Shown here one piece after another: positions 49,548 to 61,753 of a stretch of DNA of 64,000 bases (the first letter of the stretch is position 1; every line of letters starts with the position of its first letter). The DNA is from Octopus sinensis (Eukaryota): the NCBI RefSeq assembly GCF_006345805.1, contig NC_043003.1, forward strand, positions 22,816,001 through 22,880,000, in the 5' to 3' direction. Below the pieces are notes generated by a model. That model did no database searches, had not been told where the DNA came from, and was given only the letters and a program-made list of their open reading frames with translations. Position numbers and translations under genes: made by a program.

Positions 49548-49905
49548 GTGGAGGCGCAATGGCCCAGTGGTTAGGGCAGCGGTCTCGCGGTCGTAAGAAC
49601 GCGGTTTCGATTCCCAGACTGGGCATCGTGAGTGTTTATTGAGTAAAAACATCTAAGCTCCTCGAGGCTCCGGTGGGATGGTGGCGGTGGTGAACCCCGC
49701 TGTACTCTTTCACCACAACTTTCTCTCACTCTTTCTTCCTACTTCTGCCACAAAGCAGAGGAACCATGGTGTAACCCAATATGGTGCGGTAAACTTTCAG
49801 ACCCTAGTCTATATTGCGAATCCTCTGCACCCCAGGATGGTTCAGCTCTCCACCCGTTAAAAACGACCGTTTACGGAATGAGGGTAACAACGTTGCAACA
49901 CGCAT
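49548..49905 (+). mobile_element. SINE head C with another tail (tail 5)
   Basis: gtggaggcgcaatggcccagtggttagggcagcgg..gtttcgattccc head and body to ctttcttcct, then a segment unrelated to tails 1-4. Confidence 0.8.
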
Positions 49906-49974
49906 TCTTAGTAGCTTAGGGTAGGCTCGTATTAGAGATTATGCTTTGTGGCTAATAGCGTGAGTTCTGATTGG

Positions 49975-50360
49975 AAGAAAAAGAAGAAAAAGAAGAAGAA
50001 GAAGAAGAAGAAGAAGAAGAGAAGAAGAAAAAAAGAAGGAGAAGAAGAAGGAGAAGAAGACCGAGAAGAAGAAGGAGAAGAAGAAGAAGAAGAAGAAAGA
50101 GAAGAAGATGAAGAAAAAAGGAGAAGGAGAAGGAGAAGGAGAAGAAGACCGAGAAGAGGAAGGAGAAGAAGAAGAACGAGAAGAAGAAGAAGAAGAAGAA
50201 GAAGAGAAGAAAAAAAGGAGGAGAAGGAGAAGGAGAAGAAGACCGAGAAGAGGAAGGAGAAGAAGAAGAACGAGGAGAAGAAGAAGAAGAAGAAGAAGAA
50301 GAAGAAGAAGAAGAAGAAGAAGAAGAAGAAGAAGAGAAGAAGAAGAAGAAAAAGAAGAAG
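49975..50360. repeat. (GAA)n/(GGA)n purine tract with a higher-order unit
   Basis: AGAAGACCGAGAAGA recurs three times (about 50055, 50143 and 50236). Confidence 0.9.
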
Positions 50361-50799
50361 ACAACAGCAGTGGCAACAGCAACTACAAAATGTACGGCAG
50401 TAACAAGAACAAGCAAGACAGCAACAATTATAACAACAACATCAACAATAACAACAACTTCAATAGCTACAATAATAAGGACTTTCGCAAAAAAACAATA
50501 TCAGCCATTACGAAATCAGCCATAACAACAACATCAATAACAAGCAAGGACAAAATAACAGCTAGCATAACAACAACAGCAACAGCAACAAAAAGAGCAA
50601 TGACAACATCAATATAACTAACAGAAACAACAACCAGCTACAATCCCTCCACACTTCATCCAGTATCAACAACAATGTCATCCCGTTACATTATAAGATA
50701 TGGCAAGCAACTCAATATGTAACCAAATATTCCGGATAAACTAGTTTTGATAAACTGATCTGACTACTGGAAACTATATCTGAACTATCTGAACACAGA

Positions 50800-50920
50800 T
50801 TATGTATGTATGCATGTATGTATGTATGTATGTATGTATGTATGTATGTATGTATGTATGTATGTATGTATGTATGTATGTATGTATGTATGTCTGTATG
50901 TATGTATGTATGTATGAATG
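50800..50920. repeat. (ATGT)n microsatellite
   Basis: Direct reading. Confidence 0.95.
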
Positions 50921-51237
50921 TATGTATATATGTATATATGTATCTATATATGTATATATGTATGTATGTACATACTCCCTCTATGTTATGCCTTTATGGC
51001 AAAATTTTGAAATAAAGTATGTATGTATGTATGTATGTATGCATATATGCGCGCGTGTGCATGTGTGTGAAAGAAAGAGTGATGGAGAGAAAGTAAGAGA
51101 GAGATTAATAGATAGATGGAAGGACAGGTGGATAGATAAATAGAGGGATAAATTGATGAATAGATGGATAAATAGATGGATAGATGGCTGGTTTGAAAGA
51201 CAGCAAGATTGATTGATATATAGATAGATGTAAAGAC

Positions 51238-51299
<62 letters not shown>

Positions 51300-52106
51300 T
51301 TAAATAGTTAAGTAGACAAATAGCTGTAGAAATAGCGTGATAGTACCAGCATGTGGGGGAAAAAGTGAGAAAGAAGGAAGAGAGAAAGACAGAGTAAAGA
51401 GAGAGAGGGACGGAGAGGAAAAGAAAGAAAGCAAGATGATGGAATGTTGAGTACTTTTTCTGTCACTAATGCTGATGGAGATGATGCTGAAGAAAAAGAA
51501 CAAAGTGAAAAGCGAGAGAGCGACGAATATGTTCTGCATACGTAAAGAGCCCCGAGGCGAAGTGATGCAAGCGAAGGGGCTAATCACTGAAAATCTCTTT
51601 TCGAATCAGGTTATTTGTCGCTGAGAAGACAACGAACAAAAAGGTCAAGGCTAGAACATCCGCTGTTCGTTCATAGTTACGTCTTTGTTATCAGAACTGG
51701 TGCTGGACTAAACAAGTACAGCAAGATCAACAACAACAACAACAACAACATAAGCAGCTGCAGTAACACCAACAACACGAACTACAAGAACTAGGCCCTG
51801 GTTGGTGACTTGAGATAACCAAGAAGGCTGTACGTCGTTGTTTGACCGTCTAAAAACGGTAGCCATCTTTGCTTCAAATCACCGCACACAAAACTATTGG
51901 CAAAGATACATTAGAAGATGTACCAGATAACATCTGTGTCATTTACTTATGGCTATGGCTTCGTTCATTTGACAGGAAGAAGGCCAGCTCCAATGACCTT
52001 TTGTACAGATTTCTCTCCCCGCCTCTCTCTCTGTACATACCTCTGATTCTCACACATTCTGTCTGTGCGTGTTAGTGAATGATTTGCATGTGTGTGCGTT
52101 TGTATG

Positions 52107-52173
52107 TATTTATATATGTAAATCTATCTATATATTTATATATGTAAATATATCTATATATTTATATATGTAA

Positions 52174-52265
<92 letters not shown>
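52107..52265. repeat. 26 bp minisatellite x3 grading into (ATCT)n
   Basis: TATTTATATATGTAAATCTATCTATA-like unit repeated three times. Confidence 0.85.
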
Positions 52266-52390
52266 GTATGCTTGTCTGTCTGCCTGTCCATCTATCTGTC
52301 TAGCTAGCTATCAATCTGCCTGTCTGTCTGTATACCTATCTGTCTGTCTCTCTCTCTATCTCTCTATCTATCTATCTACACACACCCACA

Positions 52391-52613
52391 TTCTTTTACT
52401 CTTTTACTCTTTTACTTGATTCAGTAATTTGACTGCGGCCATGCCGGAGCACCGCCTTTAGTCGAGCAAATCGACCCTGGGACTCATTCTTTGTAAGCCC
52501 AGTACTTATTCTATCGATCTCTTTTGCCGAACCGCTAAGTGACGGGGACGTAAACACACCAGCATCGGCTGTCAAGCAATGCTAGAGGGACAAACACAGA
52601 CACACAAACATAG

Positions 52614-52656
<43 letters not shown>

Positions 52657-52809
52657 TACGACAGGCTTTTTTCAGTTTCCGTCTACCAAATCCACTCACA
52701 AGGCTTTGGTCGGCCCGAGGCTAGAGCCCAAGATGCCACGTAGTGGGACTGAGCCCGGAACCATATGGTTGGTTAGCAATCTACTTACCACACAGCCACT
52801 CCTGCACCT
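52391..52809 (-). mobile_element. SINE family B, full length
   Basis: Reverse complement of head, body and (AGTAAAAG)n tail. Confidence 0.9.
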
Positions 52810-52966
52810 ATGTCTGTCTGTCTCTCTTTTTCTCGACATCCTTCTTCTCTCCCTTTATTTCTCTATATCTTCATATCTTTCAACTTATCTGTTATTCTCT
52901 CTGTGTATTTTCATCAGTATCTCGCACTTTCTCAGTCTCATTATATGTGTGTATGTGTATACGCGC

Positions 52967-52997
<31 letters not shown>

Positions 52998-53523
52998 TAA
53001 GCGTGTATATATTTATGTGTATATATATATCTGTGTGTGTGTGGAGATGTGTGTTTTTGTCTCAGTTCTCTCCCTCTATTTCTATCTCCCCCCACTTTCT
53101 GTTTTCGGTGTCACCTTTTCTTTATAAGTTTGTAGTGATTATGTGAACAATGCTGCTGCTGATGGTGACCATGTCCTAATAGCCAAAATTGTTCATATTT
53201 ATGGTAGTATTGTGTCATAATGAATTAGATTGTATTCTGTGTGACTTAGTTGAGAGATGCCTGTATAGTGTATGTAAGGATGGCATAATAAGGAGAGGGA
53301 GATGAAGGAAAGAGAGGAGAAGATGAAGAAAAAGATGCAGAAGAAAGTGAAGAAGGACAAGGAAAGAAAGAAAAATGAAACAAGTGGAAAAGAAGAGAAA
53401 ATGGAAGGGGAAGGGATTGGAAGAAGAAGAAGAAAAAAATGAAAAGGAAAGGAATGAGATGGAGCTGGAATCGAAGAAGATGACCACGGAGGAAGGGGAA
53501 AAGAAGAAAATTAAAAGGAAGAA

Positions 53524-53609
53524 AAGAAGAAGAAGAAGAAGAAGAAGAAGAAGAAGAAGAAGAAGAAGAAGAAGAAGAAGAAGAAGAAGAAGAAGAAGAA
53601 GAAGAAGAA
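53524..53609. repeat. Pure (GAA)n microsatellite, about 28 units
   Basis: Direct reading. Confidence 0.95.
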
Positions 53610-53934
53610 CAGAATATGAAGATGTGTAATTATAGATGCGTGAATATTTGCGCTTGAGGGTAAAATTTTGAGGCCGAATTTCGAATGTTCATCTGTCCTG
53701 TCTAACGCCATCTCTCAATACTGATAGTGTAGTTTATGAGAGACCGCTATGTCTTGAAACTTTCATACACAACGTCTGACTCTTCTTTTGAGATGAATAA
53801 TTCATTAGACAAGAGGTTTTTTCCCTCCTTCCTTCCAAGCCACAACTGTAGTTTTCTAAATAAACCACAAGAAGAAAATCACAAGAAAAAAATTTGATTT
53901 TTCAATGGCGTTTGAACACTGTATTTGTAAAACA

Positions 53935-54136
53935 ATAGTTTTAAATTTTGCACAAGATCAACAGTTTTTAGAGGGAAAGGCTTAGTCGGTTATAACGACC
54001 CTAAAGCTCAACTTATTAATTCAGAAAGGTTGAAGAGCAAAATCGATAACGGCGTAATTTGAACTCAGAACGTAAAGATGACGAAATGCTGACGATCGTT
54101 TTGTCCGGTGAGGTAACAATTAAGCCAAGTTCACCA
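53935..54136 (-). mobile_element. Very old SINE family A (A2 tail) copy
   Basis: aaattttgcacaag, ggcgtaatttgaactcagaacgtaaag..gacgaaatgc. Confidence 0.6.
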
Positions 54137-54610
54137 ACCCGGAATGAGTAAAGAATTTTGCAATGCAAACATATTTCTAGCTGTACATTCTAATCTTGTG
54201 GAAAATCACAATTTATTGGCATGCGCCAACGCAACATATCCACTATTAAGAATAATGGCTTTCATTTTCTTTAAAATCCGATTGATGTATTTCTCTCAAC
54301 GGCACTAAACATGTATGCGAAGTGTGATGCAGTTCAAGTAGCAATATATAAACGAAAATTGCTCAGCTATTTTAACTCCCAAACGTTTAATAATACGTAA
54401 GGTAATTTCTAACGCTGGCATAAGGTCCCACATTTAGAGGAAAGAGCCTTGGTCGGCTAAATTAGAGCCAGTACGGAGCTACTATTTATCTTAACGTCTC
54501 TAGGAGGAAATATAAAGTTGACATAGTGTAAACATTACCACCGGTTTTGGAACTTCGCCTTTTACCGTCGAAATTAAGACAGTTGATTTGAATGCATTAT
54601 ATTATGTATA

Positions 54611-54745
54611 GTTCAAATTTACAGTAAGCAAACGGCGAAGCCAGGTAGGGGTACATAAAGCAGGTTTACTATTTTGACACTTGGGAAGAATGAAAAAGTT
54701 TTTGACGTTTCGAGCCTACGCCCTTCAATAGAAAGGGATGAAAGG
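54611..54745 (-). mobile_element. Solo Penelope-like terminal repeat, same family as 30197 and 30683
   Basis: gttcaaatttacag..gggaagaatg..gacgtttcgagcctacgcccttcaa aligns with both pLTRs. Confidence 0.75.
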
Positions 54746-54762
54746 AATATATATATATATAT

Positions 54763-54808
<46 letters not shown>

Positions 54809-56032
54809 TGAATATATGGAGATACAATGTCCATGCGGGTACCATTCAAGCGCGTAGTTATAATCTAGCTTAAGGTTAACCGCATCGTATTTTAATAAGC
54901 GCATTGAGGTAAGCAATCTCATTGTATTTTTCTGGTGGGTAAATCCTGGATTCGCTTCTCTGGGTTATGAATAATTAACCGAGTGTATACAGTGGTAATG
55001 AATACGGAGATTATTACACCTGCATAATTTTATATCATTATTTCTACAGCATATTTGATTGACATTTGCCTGAGGCACGTTGCTGGTTCATAGACATCTA
55101 GCGATTACATTTCCATAAAGTTACTTTCAAATTGAGATTAATCAATGAACCTTAATTCAAAGTCTATTCACTGAAGTATATATACAGGGAGAGGTTGGGA
55201 GAGAAGGTTAAGTGTAGCGATTGATGGAATTTCCCACTCTTCAATGTTTCAGATCATATGCAGCTTTGCATGACACACATCAGATAGAAACATACTCACG
55301 CGATACAAGCAACGCTGATTCATAGGTTATCATACGTACAAAATCCGGCGCTATACATTTATTTAAGTATTCCTTTAAAGCATCATTTCTATGACTCTTA
55401 CTCTCTGCTCATTCTTCCTTCAGAGACATGCTTTAGAAAGGCAACCACAAAAAAATTCGATGGGCATTTTCAAGCTAAGAAAACTAGACGTATAATACAA
55501 ACAACCGTTGCAAATGCTAACGAGATATAAAACGTAAATGAAAGAAGATCTTGTTTTTATACAGTATAAAAATAAAAATGCATGGTACTTGATTGAGAGC
55601 AAAGTGTTTAGTGTGCATACTGCATATCGGAAGAGGTGTATATACGTCTATTCATTCATACAAATAAGCAGTCATAGAAATATACATATATGTGCAAGAT
55701 GTCTATGATCATGTATTAATGTTTCATCTGTTTGCAGTGTTCTATTGATTCTATATAATTATATCTTACGCTGCGCTGCGTGATTATCAAACATTCGAGT
55801 AAGTGAGAAGATTCTTATAACATATTAATATATACTTTAATAATCTGTGGATTTGCCGCGAAATAATAATAGAGGTTATAAGATCAATAATATAAATGCA
55901 TACGTACGTGCATACGCACATACATATATACATGCGTACTTGCTTTCATATATATATATATATTCATGCATATATATGTATGTGTATATGTGTATATGTA
56001 TACATAGATATATATGTGTATGAGTGAAATTA

Positions 56033-56246
56033 CGAGGCGTAGCAGGTAGGCTGTTGCATTCATGATTGCAAGACTGTGGTTTCGAATACTGGACCGGGCG
56101 GTGAGTTGTGTTCTGGGTCAAAACACTTCGTTTCAGGTTACATTGGTGCACGCAGCTGGCAAAACTTTGTAAACCTGCGACGGACCGGCGTTCCATCTAG
56201 TAGGAATCCGGGAAGCCAACATCATGAGCTCGAGACCTTTTAACCC
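56033..56246 (+). mobile_element. Old SINE head D with decayed tail 3
   Basis: gtggtttcgaatactggaccgggcg..ttgtgttctgggtcaaaacactt..cagctggcaaaa..cctgcgacggaccggcgttccatc. Confidence 0.65.
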
Positions 56247-56266
56247 TATTTTAATATCAATCTGTC

Positions 56267-56484
56267 TGTCTGTGTCTTTGTATTAACGTTTGTCCACCTC
56301 CATTGCTTGACAACAGGCGATGGTTTGTTTACGTTCTTGTAAGTTAGAAGTTCGGCAAAAAAGAGCGATATAATTATCATTAGGTTATTTTATACAAAAG
56401 AAATTTAGTACTGGGATTGAGTTGCTCGCCTCACCATTTGAAGGCGGTGCCTGAAACAAGTAAAAAATGAAAAATAAAAGAGAT
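56267..56484 (+). mobile_element. Old SINE B 3' half
   Basis: gcttgacaac..gtttacgt..gttcggcaaaa..gaaggcggtgcctgaaacaagtaaaa. Confidence 0.65.
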
Positions 56485-56547
56485 ACATACACACATATAT
56501 ATATATATAAGTACATATATATATTCATTCATTCATTTCATTTATTC

Positions 56548-56786
56548 ATTTACTTGTTTCAGTCATTTGACTGCAGACATGCTGGAGCACAGCCTTTAGT
56601 CGAACAAATCGAACTCAGAACTTATTGTTTGTAAGCCTGCAACTTATTCTACCGGTAACTTCCACTGTACTGCTAAGTTACGAGGACGTAAACGCACCAA
56701 GATCGGTTGTCAAGCGATGGTGGGATGAACAAGCACAGACACACACTCACATATATACATATATCTATATGCGAAGAACTTCTTTC
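56548..56786 (-). mobile_element. SINE B 3' half, tail-to-tail with the previous copy
   Basis: tacttgtttcagtcatttgactgc..catgctggagcac..tcggttgtcaagcgatgg. Confidence 0.8.
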
Positions 56787-56796
56787 ATATATATAA

Positions 56797-57063
56797 AGGG
56801 GGTAAAGACCCCCTTCGATCATGAATGACCATGGGATTGCACCTAGAAAGTTACCCTCTAGACACAAGTCCGGGCAAGGTTGTTTATGGAAGACCAGCAG
56901 TCGCCCATGCATACCAGCCTCCCCTCTCCACGCCAACAGTGTTATCCAAGACAAAGGCAAGGGCCGATACAGCTTGGCACCAGTGACGTCGCAACTCATT
57001 TCTACAGCTGAGTGAACTGGAACAACGTGAAATAAAGTGCCTTGCTCAACAACACAACACGCA
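56797..57063 (-). mobile_element. SINE D CORE-like segment with tail 4 (head lost)
   Basis: caactcatttctacagctgagtgaactggaacaacgtgaaataaagtgccttgctcaa joined to a tail not seen elsewhere in the window. Confidence 0.75.
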
Positions 57064-57126
57064 ATATATATATTATATATATGTATGTATGTATGTATAT
57101 GTATGTATGTATATATATATTATATA

Positions 57127-57159
<33 letters not shown>

Positions 57160-57285
57160 ATAATATATATATATATATGTATGTATGTATGTATGTATAT
57201 AATATATATATATATATAATATATATATTATATATATATATATATATATAATATATATATATATATATGTATGTATGTATGTATG

Positions 57286-57349
<64 letters not shown>

Positions 57350-57370
57350 ATATATATATATATATATACA
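57060..57370. repeat. Alternating (TA)n/(ATGT)n higher-order microsatellite
   Basis: Direct reading. Confidence 0.9.
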
Positions 57371-57451
57371 GAAATGGCTCAGACAGAACTAGTATTAATT
57401 TTCTTCGATCATTCAATTTACCTCATTTGATCAATAGACATATTGAGTAAA

Positions 57452-57500
57452 CCTGCCAGTGATGTACCTATAATGACTACCGGAAACAGCTGTAAGCCAA
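57452..57500 (+). other. Decayed solo relative of the 47606 hammerhead-like arm
   Basis: GGAAACAGCTGTAAGCC at 57482-57498, preceded by a degenerate core (gccagtgatg). Confidence 0.4.
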
Positions 57501-58171
57501 ATTTGTTACAATGAAGGAAATATATGTAATGACCATTATTATTTTAAACTTGTTTCGTATATATATATATATATACACACATACATCTATCTATCTATCT
57601 ACATATATACATATTTGTATATTTGTACACACATACGCAGTCACACAGTCGCACGCACTCGACATATATGCGCAATAGAAAACGACGGAGACAAAAACAA
57701 CCCATCATACGCATACAAATCTTAAAAAAAAAAGGAACAAAACTGAACTTCCACAATTAGTCAATTCGAAAACAATATTCATAAGATACGGGAGTAAGTG
57801 AGTGAGAACACTTGTCAATAAGTATTTAATGAATAATAGAATAAGTGGTTAGCAAGGAAGATTATATACTAAACAGATTGGTAGAATGCAATAACGAACA
57901 GTATTTATTATAAACCGTTCGTATGGTTTAATGTTGAATGTTGCCGCTGACATGAAAGGAAGCAAAAATATTGAAAGGATTATAGTTATCGAACAAATTA
58001 AATAATTTATATAATAAATCGATCATATTTCAAACACAGACACACAGACAGACAGACAGACAGACACACACACACTCACACACGATCACGCACAGAGACA
58101 TGATAACACACACCTTGACACACATATGCACACTCAAATAAACATTTAAAAGCATAAATGCAACAACAACA

Positions 58172-58237
<66 letters not shown>

Positions 58238-58348
58238 GATTATCTGTGTGAGTGTATATATGTACCTATTCAGGCATACATATATCAATATATGCATCTA
58301 CCCATGTCCATACATACATATCTACATATTTGCCTTTTATCTATATAC

Positions 58349-58465
<117 letters not shown>

Positions 58466-58635
58466 CGTAAATAATGGGATTTATATATATATTTGTGCAT
58501 CAATACACAAAAAATGTTTAAAGTCAATTATTTATGTTCTAGTATATCACGCTGTGATGAATACCACATTAACTGACTGGGATATGCAACCATGGGTCTA
58601 CAAAGTCGACGAGTTTCGATCAAGACATATCTAAT

Positions 58636-58957
58636 GGAAAAATAAAAACGATAAACGTCGCCCTTTTCAAACCTAGCCAGGCTCAGGGACCCGTTTTTCC
58701 TGTTTCTATGGCGTATGTGTTCATTCCAGCTGGACGGGATGCCAGTCCATCACAGCGTTACTCAAGAAACAGGAAGAGAGAGTGAGAGAAATTTGTGGCG
58801 AAAGAGTACAACAGGAGTCACACCTCTCCCTGCCGGAGCATCGTGGAGCTTTTAGCTGTTTTCGCTCAATAAACACACACAACGACCGGTAAGGGAATCG
58901 AAACCGTGATATTCCGACCGCGAGTCCGCTGCCCTAACCACTGGGCCATTGCACCTC
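58636..58957 (-). mobile_element. SINE head C with tail 3, 10 bp TSD
   Basis: CATATCTAAT at 58626-58635 and 58958-58967. Confidence 0.9.
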
Positions 58958-59114
58958 CATATCTAATAGAAGCACAACACAAATTGGCTTAAGAGCATGA
59001 CACAAAACATATTTTATTCTGACGTTATTCACTATCACCCATTCCCTTTAGATTGGTAGAGAGCAGACATATCCATTATAATTTTCCTAAATGTTGGTGA
59101 TTCTAATTTCAAAT

Positions 59115-59205
59115 TTGACTTGTTGTTCTTCTGTTGATCAAACAACAAGTCAATGTTGTTTGGCAGCCTGTTGATCAAACAACAAGTCAATGCTTGTTTG
59201 GCAGC
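59115..59205. repeat. 13 bp perfect inverted repeat overlapping a 37-38 bp tandem duplication
   Basis: TTGACTTGTTGTT (59115) / AACAACAAGTCAA (59141); unit at 59131-59167 and 59168-59205. Confidence 0.85.
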
Positions 59206-59331
59206 CTGATGAGATCGGAATTACGTAACATATTGTGCAATATAACCAATTGTTTTATGTTTATGTCACAATAAATATACTTCATGAAACATTTGTAACA
59301 TTACCAGATAACTCATTCGTCTGCTTTTACT

Positions 59332-59412
<81 letters not shown>

Positions 59413-59468
59413 CAGCCATCCACTCACCCATTATATATACTTTATCAAAAGCATTAGAAATATCACAG

Positions 59469-59513
59469 AAAATGTTACTCAGAGTTTCACGTTCCCGTTC
59501 GTCGGACAGTTTT
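59469..59513 (-). ncRNA. Compact type I hammerhead-like motif (U4C core variant), left arm
   Basis: AAAACTGT CCGACGA ACG GGAA CGT GAAA CT CTG AG TA ACATTTT: intact helix II and III, GTA triplet, one mismatch in helix I. Confidence 0.55.
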
Positions 59514-59534
59514 ATTAGAATTCTCGATTCTAAC

Positions 59535-59580
59535 AAAACTGTCCGACGAACGGAAACGTGAAACTCTGATTAACAGTTTT
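59535..59580 (+). ncRNA. Compact type I hammerhead-like motif (U4C core variant), right arm
   Basis: Perfect 8 bp helix I (59535-59542 / 59573-59580), GAAA tetraloop on helix II; a G>T change breaks one helix III pair (TTA triplet). Confidence 0.45.
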
Positions 59581-59706
59581 TGTGATATTTCTGATGCTTT
59601 TAATAAAGCATATTATTCTACCACTGGTATATGAGTACTCTTTTCTCCACCTCATTTCACATTTATGTGCTTACTCCGGTACACACACACACACACATAT
59701 ATATCT

Positions 59707-60104
59707 GGCCGTAGGAGTAGGTGTGTGCTAAGTAGCTTGCTTAGGAACCACATGGTTCCGGATTCAGTCCCACTGCATGGCACCTTGACCAAGTGTCTTC
59801 TACTATAGCCTCGGGCCGATCAAAGCCTTGTGAGTGAATTTGGTAGACGGAAATTGAAAGAACACCTTCGTATATGTATGTACATATATATATGTGTGTG
59901 TGTATGCTTGTGTGTCTGTGTTTGTCCCCACCAACATCGCTTGACAACCGATGCTGGTGTCTTTACGTACCCGTAACTTAGCGGTTCTGCAAAGTGACCG
60001 ATAGAATAAGTACTGGAGTCGATTTGATCGACTAAAAGGCAGTGTTCCAGCATGGCAACAGTCAAATGACTGAAGCCAATAAAAGAGTAAAAAAAAAAAG
60101 AGTA
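59707..60104 (+). mobile_element. SINE family B, near full length
   Basis: gtaggagtaggtgtgtgctaagtagcttgc head through to the aaaagagt tail. Confidence 0.9.
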
Positions 60105-60397
60105 TATATGTATTTATATATTCAGAGACGTACGTTACATTCATAATATATCTATACAACAAGTTTTTCAATAAATACGATCAATAGTACTTGTCATCTG
60201 GCGTCTATGTTATTTATGATAAAACCTCTTTCCTGAATCTATTTGTCCATTTGGTCCAATCAGAATGATGACACTGCTTACAGAAATTAATGGGATTGAT
60301 ACGGTCGCCATTAATAATTGTTATACTAATATATAGCGTTATAGTTTCGTCACGCTGTTCACTCACAAGAATTACGAATGTCAAAGTAATTATATAA

Positions 60398-60817
60398 ACG
60401 CAGGCATTGTTGTGTGTATAATAACTTCGCTTTGTAACTGCATGGTGGCATGCTGGGTCCCACAGCGTGGATTTCTGAGCAAGTGTCTTTGGTTATAGCC
60501 TCAGATTGACCAATAGCTTTTGAGTGAGATACGTAAATGGAAACTGAGCGAAGGCCTGTTATATACATACATAATGCATATGCGTGTGTGCGTATGTGTG
60601 TGTATGGGTGTGTGTGTGTGTGCGTGCGTTCTTTTTCTTGTTTTCCTGCATGTCCGCTTGGAAAACGCTACAATGTGTGTATATGATGCGACTAACCGAT
60701 TCGGTAATCTGAGAACGGTAAGGAATGAGGTCAATGTTATAAACTAAAATCCTTCAATTCGTTGCTACAGCATGGCCAAACCAAATGCCTGCAACAAGTC
60801 AAAGGATAAGAGAACAG
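60398..60817 (+). mobile_element. Very old SINE B-related copy
   Basis: gcaggcattgttgtgtg..tgagcaagtgtctttggttatagcctc..aatggaaactgagcgaagg..cagcatggcc..caacaagt. Confidence 0.55.
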
Positions 60818-61753
60818 GACTGCAGATTGGAAGTATCGCTAGAGCATTTGGTAAGATTCCGTCACATTTTGTCGCAGCCATTTAAGTTCTACGAGCAAAT
60901 GTTTCGCAGGTCAATTTTGTATTGTATCCTTCTGGCGGTGGTGAAAATAAAATGATCAATTGAGTAGCATGTACGATTATATTGACTAAAATTTCCTTCA
61001 AAATCTGTAACTTCATTCCAATGTTAGAAATCAATATTAAAATAACTTTCATAAAGAATGTAAATAAGCTAAATATATTTTGCACTCTTACTATAAAATA
61101 TCTGAATAAGTTATAAAACCTTAGTTAATTACTTTTGAATTTGATATAAAAATATATTATTTAGTACAATGACACCTATTTAACCGATATATGCTAGACG
61201 TGATATCGTTATACACTAGAGAGAACATACCAGCCAAACGTTTTCTTCTAAGTAAATGAAAGTCATTTGGTTTATGCTTTACCCCTGAGATGCAGTTATG
61301 TAAATGTTATGTAAATACAATATTTATAAATGACAGATTACAATTTATCGATGCAGAAGCAATTACTTGTTAAAATAGTATACGTTAAGTATCGGTAGGA
61401 GATTCTGAAAGGTCTGTATTCAGGTTTTAGGCACAAGCTATCACGAACTTGCGTAAACAGATAAGCATAATTTAACACTAAACATACAAGCATGCAAATG
61501 CAAACATTTATATTCTGTTTACTAACGAAACACGGCGAAACACACGGAATGTTTGTACATCATCTGCAATCTTCACAGTTTAAGCTTTCAAATAAATAAC
61601 TATAGAGAAATTTACACATACACACATTTGCAATATATCCTATATATATATATATTATATATCTATATATATATATATATTGCATATGTAAGTATTCGTA
61701 TGTTGTATATATATATATATATATATATTTGTAATTATGTACTATTTGTGTAT

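Larger units (their letters stand above)
59435..59613. mobile_element. Palindromic element (87 bp arms, 5 nt loop); each arm encodes a compact hammerhead-like fold
   Basis: Arms about 90% identical. The consensus arm reads AAAACTGT-CCGACGA-ACG(GAAA)CGT-GAAA-CT(CTG)AG-TA-ACAGTTTT. Confidence 0.85.

Noticed and set aside
49548-49625. tRNA gene calls for SINE heads (also 38283, 46026, 62954, 13014)
   Set aside because: A/B-box-like tRNA-derived heads continue into SINE bodies, several have TSDs, and I could not fold a complete cloverleaf with an acceptor stem.
49948-50617. Arg/Lys/Glu-rich, protamine-like ORFs
   Set aside because: Produced by the GAA/GGA purine tract.
59200-59232. CTGATGAGATCGGAATTACGTAAC as a hammerhead
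   Set aside because: GGAA instead of GAAA, no NUH triplet and no helix I pairing.
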